Shown here: piece after piece, positions 27,824 through 27,875 of the stretch
How the letters are laid out: each line of letters opens with the position of its first letter
Numbering within the stretch: the stretch's first letter is position 1
Assembly: GCA_964658025.1 (NCBI GenBank)
Contig: CAZZXB010000021.1
Coordinates: forward strand, 1-27,875
DNA from: an uncultured Janthinobacterium sp.
GTDB taxonomy: Bacteria; Vulcanimicrobiota; Vulcanimicrobiia; Vulcanimicrobiales; Vulcanimicrobiaceae
Reading direction: 5' to 3'
DNA length: 27,875 nt
Program-made: the position numbers and the translations under genes
Notes under the pieces: model-generated
What the model was told of the DNA's origin: nothing
Database searches by the model: none
The model's input: only the letters and a program-made list of their open reading frames with translations

Positions 27824-27875
27824 ATGCGACCGAGGCCCGTGCGGATCGACGCCGCGACCCTCGAACGGCGCGCCG
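27824..27875 (+). CDS. Probable 5' end of a gene running off the window (MRPRPVRIDAATLERRA...)
   Basis: AAAGGA RBS at 27812-27817, ATG 27824, and an open frame to the window end. Confidence 0.45.
   Translation, partial: MRPRPVRIDAATLERRA

Overview
High-GC (roughly 70%, strongly CpG-rich) bacterial chromosomal window, mostly housekeeping genes. I see no mobile element, CRISPR array or prophage. Left to right: (-) thrC-thrB-Ldh_2-family dehydrogenase operon; (+) orphan lipoprotein; (-) small orphan ORF, ilvD and a membrane protein; (+) glcD-glcF-type FAD/Fe-S 2-hydroxyacid oxidase; (-) tRNA-Gln(UUG), SnoaL-like gene and STAS anti-sigma antagonist; (-) secreted TPR-like protein; (-) NlpC/P60 cell-wall peptidase under a c-di-AMP (ydaO/yuaA) riboswitch; (-) M61 PDZ peptidase; (-) [unknown gene]-cdaA-cdaR-glmM; (+) rsgA, rpsT, aldo/keto reductase, beta-lactamase-family serine hydrolase; (-) aroC-aroK-aroB-priA. 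The most notable items are: (1) a physically clustered c-di-AMP module (synthase operon plus a riboswitch-controlled peptidoglycan hydrolase) led by an uncharacterised gene translationally coupled to cdaA; (2) priA apparently starting at a non-canonical CTG that overlaps the aroB stop; (3) several probably leaderless genes; (4) a structured rpsT leader. The gene style is reminiscent of Eremiobacterota (WPS-2), but that is an unverified impression. Many start codons were revised from the ORF track.
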